NCBI GenBank assembly: GCA_050010515.1
Contig: JBEKKX010000025.1
Location: 1-34,975, forward strand
Direction of reading: 5' to 3'
Length of the DNA stretch: 34,975 nt
Origin: Candidatus Bathyarchaeia archaeon
Lineage (GTDB): Archaea; Thermoproteota; Bathyarchaeia; Bathyarchaeales; Bathycorpusculaceae
Below, piece by piece: positions 18,481-27,895 of the stretch; the stretch's first letter is position 1, and each line of letters starts with the position of its first letter. The notes beneath the pieces are model-generated. The model saw only the letters and a program-made list of their open reading frames with translations. It had not been told where the DNA came from and did no database searches. The translations under genes were made by a program, and so were the position numbers.

Positions 18481-20889
18481 ATGGTAAGCGACGTTTTGGC
18501 GAGTGGATGGGCAAAGGTTCTTGGCGGCGATCGGAAACAGTTTGACATGTTTTTTGATAAGATGCTGGACGGCTTTGCTTACCACAAAATTGTTGTTGAC
18601 AGGGCGGGTAAGCCGGTTGATTACGTTTTCCTTGAGGTTAATCATGCCTTTGAAAAAATGACGGGACTAAAGAGAGAGCAAATCATAGGCAAGAGAGCAA
18701 CCGAGGTTCTCCCGGGCATTGAGAAAGATCCTGCAGATTTGATCGGCGTTTATGGACGTGTTGCTTTAACGGGAGAGCCTGTTCAGTTTGAGAACCATGC
18801 AGAGCCGTTAGGCAAGTGGTTAAAGATTGCGGCTTATTGTCCAGAGAAGGACCATTTTGTCGCTTTATTCGAGGATATTACTGAACGCAAGCAGCAAGGG
18901 TGCGAAATTGAAAGCCTCGCAAAGTTTCCTTCTGAGAATCCTAATCCGATATTTCGTATAGACGGAAAAGGCATAATCCTTTATGGCAACCAAGCCGGAG
19001 CTTCTTTTTTGACTGCGTGGAAGAGCAAGGTTGGCGAACGTGCGCCTAAGCAAATAAGCCGGGTTGTTGCCGACGCCTTAGCGTCCAATAAGAGAATTGA
19101 ACTTGAAGAAACCTTTGGGGCTAAGATATTTTCGCTCTTGTTTGGGCCTGTCACCTTGGAAGGCTACGTAAATATTTACGCAAATGACATCACCGAACGC
19201 AAGAAAGCTGAAGAAGCGTTACGTAAACTTAACCGTCATCTAAGAGCCGTTAGCAACAGCAACCAAGCTCTTATGCACGCTACTGACGAGGCAAAATTCA
19301 CGCAGGAAGTCTGCAATATAATAATTAATGACTGCGGCTATGCGCTGGTGTGGGTTGGCTTCGCCGAACACGACCAAGATAAAACCGTGCGTCCAGTAGC
19401 TTTCGCTGGTTTCGACAAAGGCTACATTGATGCCCTAAGAATCACTTGGGACGAAAACTCGGAAAGAGGCCGTGGACCTACGGGCACGGTAATCCGGACA
19501 GGAAAACCCTACGTCTGCAAGAACATGCAAATCGACCCCAACTTTGAGCCTTGGCTTCCAGAAGCTCTCAAAAGAGGCTACACTGCGTCACTTGTTCTTC
19601 CCTTAACTTCATTTGAAGGCGAAACGTTCGGCGCATTAAACATATACAGCAAAGAATCAAAACCGTTCACTGATGAAGAAGTGAAACTTCTAACGGAACT
19701 TGCAAATGACTTCTCATATGGCCTCGGGATGTTGAGGCTGCGCAAGAAAAGAGAACAGGCTGAGGAAACATTGCGAAAGCAAGCTTCACTTATCGACCTT
19801 AGCCCCGACGCCATAATCGTACGGCAACTAGACGGTGTAATTACTTTCTGGAATAGGGGCGCAGAGAAACTGTATGGTTGGACAAAAGACGAAGCAATTG
19901 GACAAGATATCAACAGTCTATTAAAGCCGAAATATCCCCAACCAATTGAAAAGATTCTTAGCAACGTCAAGCTGGAAGGGAAATGGTCAGGTGAAATCGC
20001 CCACACAAGTAAAGATGAAAATAAAGTGGTTATGCAGAGTTATTGGTTGGCTAAATTTGGTGCGGACGGCAAAATAGTGGAAATGTTGGAGTCGAATACG
20101 GATATTACCGAACGGATACAGTTGCAAACTAAGCTTGAAGAGTCTGCTGTTCTGGTTGAAGGATACGCCAATCAAATGGAGCAGCTCGCTAATCAAAGAG
20201 CAGAGCAATTGAAGACTGCTGAGCGTTTGGCTGCTATAGGTGCAACAGCTGGCATGGTTGGGCATGATATTCGTAACCCGTTGCAGGCTATAACTGGCGA
20301 TCTCTACTTGGCTAAAACAGAATTGGCCTCTACTCCAGAAAGTGATGAGAAAAAGAATGCCCTAGAAAGCCTTCAGGAAATTGAAAAGAACGTTGATTAC
20401 ATCAACAAGATTGTGTCTGACCTTCAGGACTACACTAGAACTCTTAAGCCAGTAGCTCGGGAAACGGACCTTCAAAAGCTTATGGATGAGTTGCTTTCGA
20501 AAAATGGGGTTCCCGAAAACATCAAAGTTCAAGTCAAGGTGCAAAAAGAAGCTAGCACTATAATGGCTGATTCAGATATCTTGAAGCGCATTTTCGGCAA
20601 CCTAGTAACTAACGCGGTTCAAGCTATGCCTAAAGGCGGAAAACTAACTATACAAGCGTACAAGGAAGCGGATGACTCAATCATAACGGTGGCGGATACG
20701 GGTGTGGGCATTCCTGAAGAAGCAAAAAATAAGCTGTTTACGCCGTTGTTTACAACAAAGTCTAAGGGGCAAGGTTTTGGTTTGGCTGTGGTTAAGCGTA
20801 TGACTGAAGCTTTAGGCGGCACCGTAATGTTTGAAAGCCAACAGGACAAAGGCACCAAATTCATAGTACGTTTGCCCCCCAAGTATTAA
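18481..20889 (+). CDS. Cytoplasmic sensor histidine kinase, PAS-PAS-GAF-PAS-HisKA-HATPase
   Basis: PAS with EVNHAFEKMTG; GAF with GRGPTGTVIRTGKP and GALNIYS; H-box VGHDIRNPL; GQGFGLAV. Confidence 0.95.
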   Translation: MVSDVLASGWAKVLGGDRKQFDMFFDKMLDGFAYHKIVVDRAGKPVDYVFLEVNHAFEKMTGLKREQIIGKRATEVLPGIEKDPADLIGVYGRVALTGEPVQFENHAEPLGKWLKIAAYCPEKDHFVALFEDITERKQQGCEIESLAKFPSENPNPIFRIDGKGIILYGNQAGASFLTAWKSKVGERAPKQISRVVADALASNKRIELEETFGAKIFSLLFGPVTLEGYVNIYANDITERKKAEEALRKLNRHLRAVSNSNQALMHATDEAKFTQEVCNIIINDCGYALVWVGFAEHDQDKTVRPVAFAGFDKGYIDALRITWDENSERGRGPTGTVIRTGKPYVCKNMQIDPNFEPWLPEALKRGYTASLVLPLTSFEGETFGALNIYSKESKPFTDEEVKLLTELANDFSYGLGMLRLRKKREQAEETLRKQASLIDLSPDAIIVRQLDGVITFWNRGAEKLYGWTKDEAIGQDINSLLKPKYPQPIEKILSNVKLEGKWSGEIAHTSKDENKVVMQSYWLAKFGADGKIVEMLESNTDITERIQLQTKLEESAVLVEGYANQMEQLANQRAEQLKTAERLAAIGATAGMVGHDIRNPLQAITGDLYLAKTELASTPESDEKKNALESLQEIEKNVDYINKIVSDLQDYTRTLKPVARETDLQKLMDELLSKNGVPENIKVQVKVQKEASTIMADSDILKRIFGNLVTNAVQAMPKGGKLTIQAYKEADDSIITVADTGVGIPEEAKNKLFTPLFTTKSKGQGFGLAVVKRMTEALGGTVMFESQQDKGTKFIVRLPPKY

Positions 20890-21000
20890 ACGGTAAATGG
20901 ACGTTTAAATAAGAACACTCTTTCTGCACGCGCTAGAGTGCCCTATGTGGGGCGAAAAATTATTCTCATAGTTTTCTTCAAATAGGGGCAAAAAGGGGGT

Positions 21001-21100
21001 TAAGCGGATTTAGCCGAGTGCTAACATCAGTAAGGCTTAAAAACCTAAGGGGGGAAACCTTACCGCTTATTAGCAGCCAGACCCGCCCAACAACAAGGCT
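21001..21100 (-). ncRNA. Candidate structured RNA or cruciform upstream of cdc6
   Basis: Nested complementary segments (TGCTAA 21019-24/TTAGCA 21070-75; GTAAGG 21030-35/CCTTAC 21058-63; TAAGCG 21001-06/CGCTTA 21064-69); G-U pairs favour the minus strand. Confidence 0.35.
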
Positions 21101-21297
21101 CTTAGTTAATTCCTTCTTCCTTCTCAATAGATGGTTACGATTCCAAAGATATAAAATAATGTTGTCACAAATTGACACAACAATCGGTAAGTTACTAAAA
21201 GGGTTTTAGGAATGGTTTACATTCAAAGGATACTTTTATGTTTCAAAACATAGTAATATTGTGAAAAGAAAAAAATTAATGCGCTGAGGAATCAAAT

Positions 21298-22488
21298 TTG
21301 CCACTGCATCAAAGCGTGTTCAAAGACGAGGCTAAGCTTGACATAAACTACGTTCCGCAACAGTTGCCTCACAGAGAAAAAGAACACCGCTTGCTAATGG
21401 AATTCTTCAGCTTCATCCTTCGTTATCCTGAAAGGATGTCTCAGCGAGTAATTGTAACCGGTGATGTTGGCACTGGAAAAACAGCGCTTGCACAACACTT
21501 CGGAGCAAATATCACTTCTGAAGCCAACAAGCGAAACATAAAATTCCGCTATGTACATGTTAACTGCCGAGAATACCGTGGAAGCCTCTCCCCGATTTTG
21601 CACCATGCCGTCACCGTTTTTCGCCCCAATTATCCTGCGCGTGGCTACTCTGCAGAAGAAATCCTCGCAGTACTCATGCAAGTTTTAGATGAGGAAAACG
21701 CCTTCATAATATTAACCCTAGATGAGTTTGACAGCCTCATCGAAAAGGAAGGCTCAGACGCTGTTTACAAGTTGACGCGTTTGCAGGAGATGCGGCAGGA
21801 CAAGCCACAAAGACTTTCGTTTATTTTTATTTTACGTGATTTAAAAGCATTAGAGAAGTTAGATGCGAGCGCAAGAAGCACTCTACAACGCAGCATCATC
21901 AATTTAGAACGCTACGGCAAAGAACAGCTCGTTGACATCTTAAATGACCGTGTTTCAATGGCGTTTGAGTTGGGAGCCGTTCAGGAAGATGTTGTTGACC
22001 TGATTGCTGAATTAGCTTTTAAAGAAACTGGAAATGCCCGCTTCGGAATCGAGTTATTGTGGCGGGCTGGAAAATATGCTGACGCGCAAGATGCAGATAT
22101 GGTTGGACCTGAATGTGTTCGCATGGCAATATCCAGTATTATTCCAGGTTTGCGACGAAGCGAGTTAGTTGGGCTTAGTTTACATGAAAAACTGTTTCTA
22201 CTAGCGGTAGCGCGTTACTTTAAGGAGAACGAGCAAGCATACGCACTATTATCTGAAGTTGAAAAGACTTACGCTGTTATCTGCGAAGAGTTCGATGAGA
22301 AACCGAATAGTCATACCCAAGTGTGGAATTATGCCCGGTTTCTTTCGTCGCTTGGCATTTTAAAAACTGAAGTAGCAACCTCAACTATTCGCGGTAGGTC
22401 AACACAGGTTTCCTTGCTTTCCATTCCAGCGTTTGAGTTAGAAAAAGAATTAAGCGCCTCATTAGAAGTAGAAAAAGGAAGAACGTGA
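21298..22488 (+). CDS. cdc6: Orc1/Cdc6 replication initiation protein
   Basis: LDINYVPQQLPHRE, Walker A GDVGTGKT, Walker B LDEFD, GNARFGIELL, C-terminal winged helix ending RGRST. Confidence 0.95.
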   Translation: MPLHQSVFKDEAKLDINYVPQQLPHREKEHRLLMEFFSFILRYPERMSQRVIVTGDVGTGKTALAQHFGANITSEANKRNIKFRYVHVNCREYRGSLSPILHHAVTVFRPNYPARGYSAEEILAVLMQVLDEENAFIILTLDEFDSLIEKEGSDAVYKLTRLQEMRQDKPQRLSFIFILRDLKALEKLDASARSTLQRSIINLERYGKEQLVDILNDRVSMAFELGAVQEDVVDLIAELAFKETGNARFGIELLWRAGKYADAQDADMVGPECVRMAISSIIPGLRRSELVGLSLHEKLFLLAVARYFKENEQAYALLSEVEKTYAVICEEFDEKPNSHTQVWNYARFLSSLGILKTEVATSTIRGRSTQVSLLSIPAFELEKELSASLEVEKGRT

Positions 22489-22495
22489 AGCAGTT

Positions 22496-22771
22496 ATGGA
22501 TTTAGAAGACGTTTTTTCATCGAAGTTGCGGATGAAAATTCTAGAACTTATTTATGATTTGGGTTCGCTTAATGTTTCAGATATTGCTCGCCGACTCAAC
22601 ACTAATTTTGCATCAACAGCTGAGCACTTGAAGGTTTTAGAGGACGAGGGTATTCTGCAGGGACTTGTTTACGGTCGGGTTCGAATGTACAGGTTTAATG
22701 AGAACTCAGCAAAAGCTAAAGCTGTGCAAAACCTAATAGAAGCATGGGAACAAAGTAAACAAGGCGAATAA
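22496..22771 (+). CDS. ArsR-like winged-helix protein
   Basis: FSSKLRMKILEL...LNVSDIARRL...HLKVLEDEGIL...GRVRMYRF. Confidence 0.85.
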   Translation: MDLEDVFSSKLRMKILELIYDLGSLNVSDIARRLNTNFASTAEHLKVLEDEGILQGLVYGRVRMYRFNENSAKAKAVQNLIEAWEQSKQGE

Positions 22772-22774
22772 ACT

Positions 22775-23212
22775 ATGACGATGGTTGATGTTTCAGGCAA
22801 AGATGAAATTTTCCGAGAAGCAACCGCGTCCGGAACCATAAAGTTGAAGGCAGAAACAATCAATTTAATCAAGACTGGAAAAATCGCGAAAGGCGACCCA
22901 CTTTACACGGCAAAAATCGCTGGCGTAATGGCAGCTAAGAAAACAAGCAGCCTTATTCCTTTATGCCACCCATTGCCTTTGACGAACGTACAAGTTGACG
23001 TAAAAGTGCTAAATGAGGGCACGGTTGAGGTTTCAGCAACGGTGAAAGCGAAAGCGCAAACTGGCGTGGAAATGGAAGCGCTCGCGGCGGTTTCGATGGG
23101 TTTGTTGACTGTTTGGGACATGACAAAGCAGTATGAAAAAGACGCTGCAGGTCAATATCCTTCCACAGCGATTGAGAATATTCATGTCGTGCGCAAGTTT
23201 AAGCAGGTGTAG
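22775..23212 (+). CDS. moaC: Cyclic pyranopterin monophosphate synthase
   Basis: MVDVSGK, KGD, LIPLCHPL, TGVEMEAL, WDMTK. Confidence 0.96.
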   Translation: MTMVDVSGKDEIFREATASGTIKLKAETINLIKTGKIAKGDPLYTAKIAGVMAAKKTSSLIPLCHPLPLTNVQVDVKVLNEGTVEVSATVKAKAQTGVEMEALAAVSMGLLTVWDMTKQYEKDAAGQYPSTAIENIHVVRKFKQV

Positions 23213-23218
23213 CCAGGC

Positions 23219-23752
23219 ATGAGTGAAAGCTCTAAGGCGCATAAGGCTAAGGCACCTAAAACATTGAATTTCGGCATTTACATATGCAGCACTTCACGGT
23301 ACAAGCTAATTGAGCAAGGCGAAGCTGCGGTTAGTGATGTTTCAGGTGCCACATTGACTGAGTTGCTTAGAAACGCTGGGCAAAACGTTCTGTTCAAAAA
23401 AATAATTGCTGATGACAAAACGATGATTTCTGACAGTGTCCAGCAAGCCCTAAACATGCCCGATTTGGACGTTGCCATCTTTTCCGGAGGCACAGGAATC
23501 ACGCCAACAGATGTTACGATTGAAACGGTTTCGCCTTTCTTTGAGAAAACCCTGCCGGGTTTCGGCGAGTTTTTTAGGCGTATAAGTTTTGATCGTGTTG
23601 GCTCTGCCGCGGTTTTGTCCCGTGCCGTGGCTGGCGTGGCTAAGGGTAAAGCGTTGTTTTGTATCCCAGGTTCCCCTGATGCTGTGCATGTTGCGGTAGA
23701 AATGCTTATTTTGCCCGAATCTCCTCACATCGTTAAGCACGCACGGGAATAA
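23219..23752 (+). CDS. moaB: Molybdopterin adenylyltransferase MoaB/MogA
   Basis: GGTGITPTDVT, PGFGEFFR, LSRAVAG, IPGSP. Confidence 0.93.
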   Translation: MSESSKAHKAKAPKTLNFGIYICSTSRYKLIEQGEAAVSDVSGATLTELLRNAGQNVLFKKIIADDKTMISDSVQQALNMPDLDVAIFSGGTGITPTDVTIETVSPFFEKTLPGFGEFFRRISFDRVGSAAVLSRAVAGVAKGKALFCIPGSPDAVHVAVEMLILPESPHIVKHARE

Positions 23753-23755
23753 CGA

Positions 23756-24688
23756 ATGAGTTTAACAGACAACTGCGGCAGACCCCTACTTAACCTGCGG
23801 ATATCGATTACCCAGCGATGCAACATTCACTGTGTGTACTGCCACAGAGAAGGCGAAGTAAAACGAGCAAACCGTTCCGCAGAGAAAATGACCGTTGAAG
23901 AGATAATCCGGATAGCCAAAATAGCCATAGGCTTAGGCATTGCACGCATAAAATTAACGGGCGGAGAACCGCTCATGCGCAAAGACCTCCCAGAAATCGT
24001 CTCAGCCATAGCGTCGGTGCAGGGCTTGAAGGATTTGTCGTTAACAACTAACGGTCTTTTGCTTGGCGATATGGCTAAGGAGTTGCGTGAAGGCGGATTG
24101 AAGCGCGTGAACATTAGTTTGCCCACATTAAATGAGGAAACGTATCGCAAGTTAACAGGCGGAAAACTCCAAGACGCATTGGCAGGAGTCAAAGCAGCCA
24201 TTGAAGCCGGTTTCTGCCCAGTAAAACTCAACATGGTCATCCTAAAAGACGTAAACGTGCACGATGTTCCAGACATGATAGAATACGCACGGCAAACTGG
24301 AACTGTATTGCAACTCATAGAGCTTGACCCCATAAACGTCAGCAACACATACTACTCGACGCACCACCGCAGCTTAGACGAGCAAGAAGAAATGCTTAGA
24401 GAGAAGGCTGTAACAATTGAGAAAAGACCATCCATGCATAACCGCCTAATCTATCACTTGCCAAACGTAACCGTTGAAGTCGTGCATCCAATTGAGAACA
24501 GCGACTTCTGCATGCACTGCACACGAATGCGTGTCACAAGCGACGGCAAACTAAAACCATGTTTAATGAGAAACGACAACCTAATTGATATCCTAACTCC
24601 AATACGCAAAGGCGCAAGCGACGAACAACTAAAACAGCTTTTTATTCAAGCTAATTCGCTAAGAGAGCCTTATAATAAGAGCGCTTAA
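23756..24688 (+). CDS. moaA: GTP 3',8-cyclase (radical SAM)
   Basis: LRISITQRCNIHCVYCHREG, KLTGGEP, C-terminal FCMHCTRMRVTSDGKLKPCL. Confidence 0.96.
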   Translation: MSLTDNCGRPLLNLRISITQRCNIHCVYCHREGEVKRANRSAEKMTVEEIIRIAKIAIGLGIARIKLTGGEPLMRKDLPEIVSAIASVQGLKDLSLTTNGLLLGDMAKELREGGLKRVNISLPTLNEETYRKLTGGKLQDALAGVKAAIEAGFCPVKLNMVILKDVNVHDVPDMIEYARQTGTVLQLIELDPINVSNTYYSTHHRSLDEQEEMLREKAVTIEKRPSMHNRLIYHLPNVTVEVVHPIENSDFCMHCTRMRVTSDGKLKPCLMRNDNLIDILTPIRKGASDEQLKQLFIQANSLREPYNKSA

Positions 24689-24712
24689 TTGAAGCACTAG
24701 AGAACTTTGGAA

Positions 24713-25210
24713 TTAGAGTTCAATTATTTTTGCTTCATTCTTAGCAGTATCTAACAAGGCTAAGGTTGATTTTCCTGTCAGGTACCCGCAGAGTTCCCCT
24801 GGGTTGATAGCAAGGGTTTTTCCTTTCTTTTCGATGCTTTTGTTGTGTGAGTGCCCATGAATTACAGCATCAAAGTAGGCACTGTCTATTATTGCATTCA
24901 GCAGTTCCGTTTCGTCTCCGTGCAACAATGCGATTCTGTAATTATCCAAAGTTACTGCGGCAAATCGGTCGTGTATTGTGCAGTTGGTGGTTTCGCTGAA
25001 CCGTTTCTTTAAAAGTTCGTGGTCTCCGTCATTGTTGCCGAATACGCCGATTAGTTTGCAGTTTAGTTGTTTGAATTTTGGGATAACAAAACCTGCAATG
25101 TAGTCTCCTGCGTGAAGCACCAAGCCTACTTTTTGGTCATTTAGATATTTTACTGCTTTTTCTACAAGAGGCAAATTATCATGCGTGTCCGCTATTACGC
25201 CTATCAACAT
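24713..25210 (-). CDS. YfcE/MJ0936-family metallophosphoesterase
   Basis: ADTHDN, HAGD, GNND, LHG, HGHSH, INPG. Confidence 0.92.
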   Translation of the reverse strand: MLIGVIADTHDNLPLVEKAVKYLNDQKVGLVLHAGDYIAGFVIPKFKQLNCKLIGVFGNNDGDHELLKKRFSETTNCTIHDRFAAVTLDNYRIALLHGDETELLNAIIDSAYFDAVIHGHSHNKSIEKKGKTLAINPGELCGYLTGKSTLALLDTAKNEAKIIEL

Positions 25211-25386
25211 GTTGTTTCACTTGTTGCTTTTCTCGCTGAGGGCAATAAAGGTTTTCTGTACCCTTTTACTTAGAAGCCAATTATTTACTGGTTTAACCAT
25301 TCACTATTACAAAAAAGAACTTGATGCAATTAAAAGCTTAAAAAGTTAAACATGATAAATATATACAATCGTAGAAGTGAAAGCAG

Positions 25387-25746
25387 ATTTTAAGCGCTAA
25401 ATCTAAAAGAAGAGATACGCTGAGCATAATGGCACAAATTCTCGAAATTACTAAAGAAGGCACACTGAAGACTCAGATAATGTATAAAGCAAATTTAAGT
25501 TTCACCCAACTCCACGATTACATTCAATTCATGTTAAATAGCAATTTAATCATCCACAAAACCCGTGAAGGCAGAGAAGTTTACTTCATTACGGTAAAAG
25601 GCTTGGGTTTCCTTCAAATGTACAGTAATTTACTTCAACTGCTAAGAACGGGCAGCAGTAGCATGAAAGTTAAGATTCCTTCAAAAACTCGCGCAAAACC
25701 TAAGACTTATTCTAAAAACGTTCAAGCACCATCGGCAGTTCACTAA
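25387..25746 (+). CDS. Archaeal winged-helix regulator (COG3432/ArnR1-like); start uncertain
   Basis: KTQIMYKANLSF...YFITVKG; typical KRR..(L)SIMAQIL N-terminus lies upstream of ATG 25429, bounded by in-frame TGA 25378-80. Confidence 0.8.
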   Translation: MLSAKSKRRDTLSIMAQILEITKEGTLKTQIMYKANLSFTQLHDYIQFMLNSNLIIHKTREGREVYFITVKGLGFLQMYSNLLQLLRTGSSSMKVKIPSKTRAKPKTYSKNVQAPSAVH

Positions 25747-26428
25747 GGCTCTTTATAGTCTGGTCCGGACGAACATGCTCGACTTTCTCGATGCGTCTTT
25801 CAATGTATATGGCTTTCATACCAACCGCTTTTGCCCCTTCAATGTCTGCATCTAAGGTGTCGCCGACAAAAACTGTTTCAGAAGCAGAAACACCCAGCGC
25901 CTTCAAAGCGCGTTCGAAGATTTCTGGGCTAGGTTTGCGCTTGTTCACTGCTCCAGAAACCACAATCGCATCGAACAGTTTATCTAAATCATGGGTTTTG
26001 AGCAGTTTGTGCACGCATTCGGGAATTGCAAAATTGGAAATTATGCCCAGCTTATATTTCCCATGCAAAGTACGCAAAAGCTTCTCGGTATTTTCGTCTA
26101 AATAAACAAAAGTCATGAATTCCTCGCAAAACTCAGCCGTTGCAGCAGCCACAATGGGACTAGAAACATCATAGTTATAGCCTAAACTTTTCAATGTTTC
26201 AGAAACCCGAACGTTGAAGTGTGGCTCCTCTAAATTTGCATCAGCTTTAGCGTAAAGGTCGTCACGGGCTTTGATGTACGCTTTCTGGAATGTGCCAAAG
26301 GAGACGTTTACGCCGTTTTTATTTAGGTACCTGTACATTCTCATTAATGATGGGCTGTAAAACTCGTGGTTTTTCCTAATCATCAAAAGAGTATCGAACA
26401 TGTCAAATAGAACTGCTTTAGTCGGCAT
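25712..26428 (-). CDS. HAD-superfamily hydrolase
   Basis: FDMFDTL motif I, IISN, RKPSPEIF, FVGDTLDADIEGA. Confidence 0.93.
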   Translation of the reverse strand: MPTKAVLFDMFDTLLMIRKNHEFYSPSLMRMYRYLNKNGVNVSFGTFQKAYIKARDDLYAKADANLEEPHFNVRVSETLKSLGYNYDVSSPIVAAATAEFCEEFMTFVYLDENTEKLLRTLHGKYKLGIISNFAIPECVHKLLKTHDLDKLFDAIVVSGAVNKRKPSPEIFERALKALGVSASETVFVGDTLDADIEGAKAVGMKAIYIERRIEKVEHVRPDQTIKSLSELPMVLERF

Positions 26429-26512
26429 CGGTATTTTCCTAACAGTAAGCTTTATCGAGCCTTAAAATTCTTATCGCAGTTTAAAACGCCTTTTTCACGT
26501 TTCGCCGTCTTA

Positions 26513-26534
26513 ACTTTTTACCTCAGGAAAAAGT
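26513..26534. promoter_or_regulatory. Inverted repeat, candidate autoregulatory operator of the AbrB/VapC pair
   Basis: ACTTTTT-A-CCT-C-AGG-AAAAAGT just upstream of a BRE/TATA-like GGAAAGTATAAATA (about 26549-26562). Confidence 0.35.
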
Positions 26535-26595
26535 ATAACCGAGTAGTTGGAAAGTATAAATAAAAGTAAAACCAATTGCTATTTGATGGTGAAGA

Positions 26596-26847
26596 ATGAC
26601 TAAAAGGAATGTTGGACCGAAAGGGCAGGTTGTAATTCCTAAACAAATGAGGGATGCTCTGGGATTAAAGCCAGGTGTGGAAATAATCCTTGAGCTGCGA
26701 GATCAAGAAATAATTATAAAAAAACCACAAGTTAGAGGAAACTACACTGAATACTTCATAACTACTTCTTCTCCAAAACTAAAGAAACGAATAAACATAA
26801 AAGAGTTATTAAATCAAGAAGTCGAAGAAAGAAATGCCCTACATTGA
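26596..26847 (+). CDS. AbrB/MazE/SpoVT-family antitoxin
   Basis: VGPKGQVVIPKQMRDALGLKPG. Confidence 0.92.
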   Translation: MTKRNVGPKGQVVIPKQMRDALGLKPGVEIILELRDQEIIIKKPQVRGNYTEYFITTSSPKLKKRINIKELLNQEVEERNALH

Positions 26848-27244
26848 TGCAAATGTTTTCATTTACCCGATATTATACGCAGAAGAACAAGAACCCAAGG
26901 TTAAGTACGCTAAACAAATATTGCTGAGCATAGAAAAAGGCGAATTATCAGCATACACATCAACACTGACGTGGGATGAAGTTGTTTGGATAACAAGGAA
27001 GGCAATGGGCAGAGATGAGGCAATAAGCCAGGGTCAAAAGTTACTTGGTTTTTTAAACTTGCAATGGATACTTGTAGACGAACATATTCTAAGCCAAGCC
27101 CAAGCTTTAATGAATAAATACAATTTGCATCCTCGCGATTCCATACATGTTGCTTCAGCTATTAGCAGAAAAATCAATTTAATCATCAGCGATGATCTGG
27201 ATATCGACCAAGTTAAAGAAATTAAAAGAACTCCACTACTTTGA
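26834..27244 (+). CDS. vapC: VapC PIN-domain toxin, apparently intact
   Basis: YIDANVF, TWDEV, RDSIHVASA, ISDDLD acidic residues; overlaps the antitoxin. Confidence 0.92.
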   Translation: MPYIDANVFIYPILYAEEQEPKVKYAKQILLSIEKGELSAYTSTLTWDEVVWITRKAMGRDEAISQGQKLLGFLNLQWILVDEHILSQAQALMNKYNLHPRDSIHVASAISRKINLIISDDLDIDQVKEIKRTPLL

Positions 27245-27703
27245 GTTCAAAGGATGCAAAGTTTCAGGCGTGGTAACCAGCATTTGAGGCGGTCGGAGCG
27301 CTTGTTTTCTGCGAATTTTCATTTCTGTATCGCCATGGCGAACTTCAACAGTTATGCCTAATTGCTTGCTCCAGAACGTTAAGCGCTTGAACATGTCGCG
27401 GTTCAATGCGCGAAGAGGCGTAACGTAGATTACCTGTATGCCCATGTCCTTTTGCTCTTGATTTTTCTGCTCAACCAGCCTCGAAAAGACAGGGAGCAGA
27501 ACGGCTTCTGTTTTTCCAGTGCCCGTCGGCGCAATTAACAGCACATTCTTACCTTCCAGCACCGGCGGAAACGCCAAAATCTGCGGCAAAGTAGGCTCAG
27601 AAAAACCAAGCTCTGCTAATGCCTTGCGAACAGGTTTAGCGAGTAACTCGAAAACAGGGCTTGAACTTTCAATTTGCATTTTCTTGGATAAACTATCGGG
27701 CAA
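27236..27703 (-). pseudogene. lhr: 5' fragment of an Lhr-family SF2 helicase
   Basis: PTLPQ Q-motif, APTGTGKT, YVTPLRALNRD, VRHGDT, LVTTPETL, then abrupt HPLNSK*; no DEXH or later motifs. Confidence 0.88.
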
Positions 27704-27895
27704 AAGGGTGCTTTAACTGTTTAGCTTAAATTAGACTGATTTGCCCTGAAATAAATTTGAATGTGAATTCTGTTATTCCTGTTCCTTTTTTTTATCAAAT
27801 TAACAAAAAGGTTCATTCTGCTTCTCAACAAGATTAATATGACTTGAAGTCTAAGGAAGATATAACGAAGAGTTAAACTTGCAGTTAGCATAAAC

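Noticed and set aside
21001-21069. Minus-strand hammerhead ribozyme (CUGAUG within a three-way junction)
   Set aside because: Lacks the invariant A9 and the GAAA after stem II
9215-21209. Intergenic ORFs 9215-9430, 13394-13618, 18056-18280, 20978-21178 and 21018-21209
   Set aside because: Short, atypical composition, no RBS or motif support
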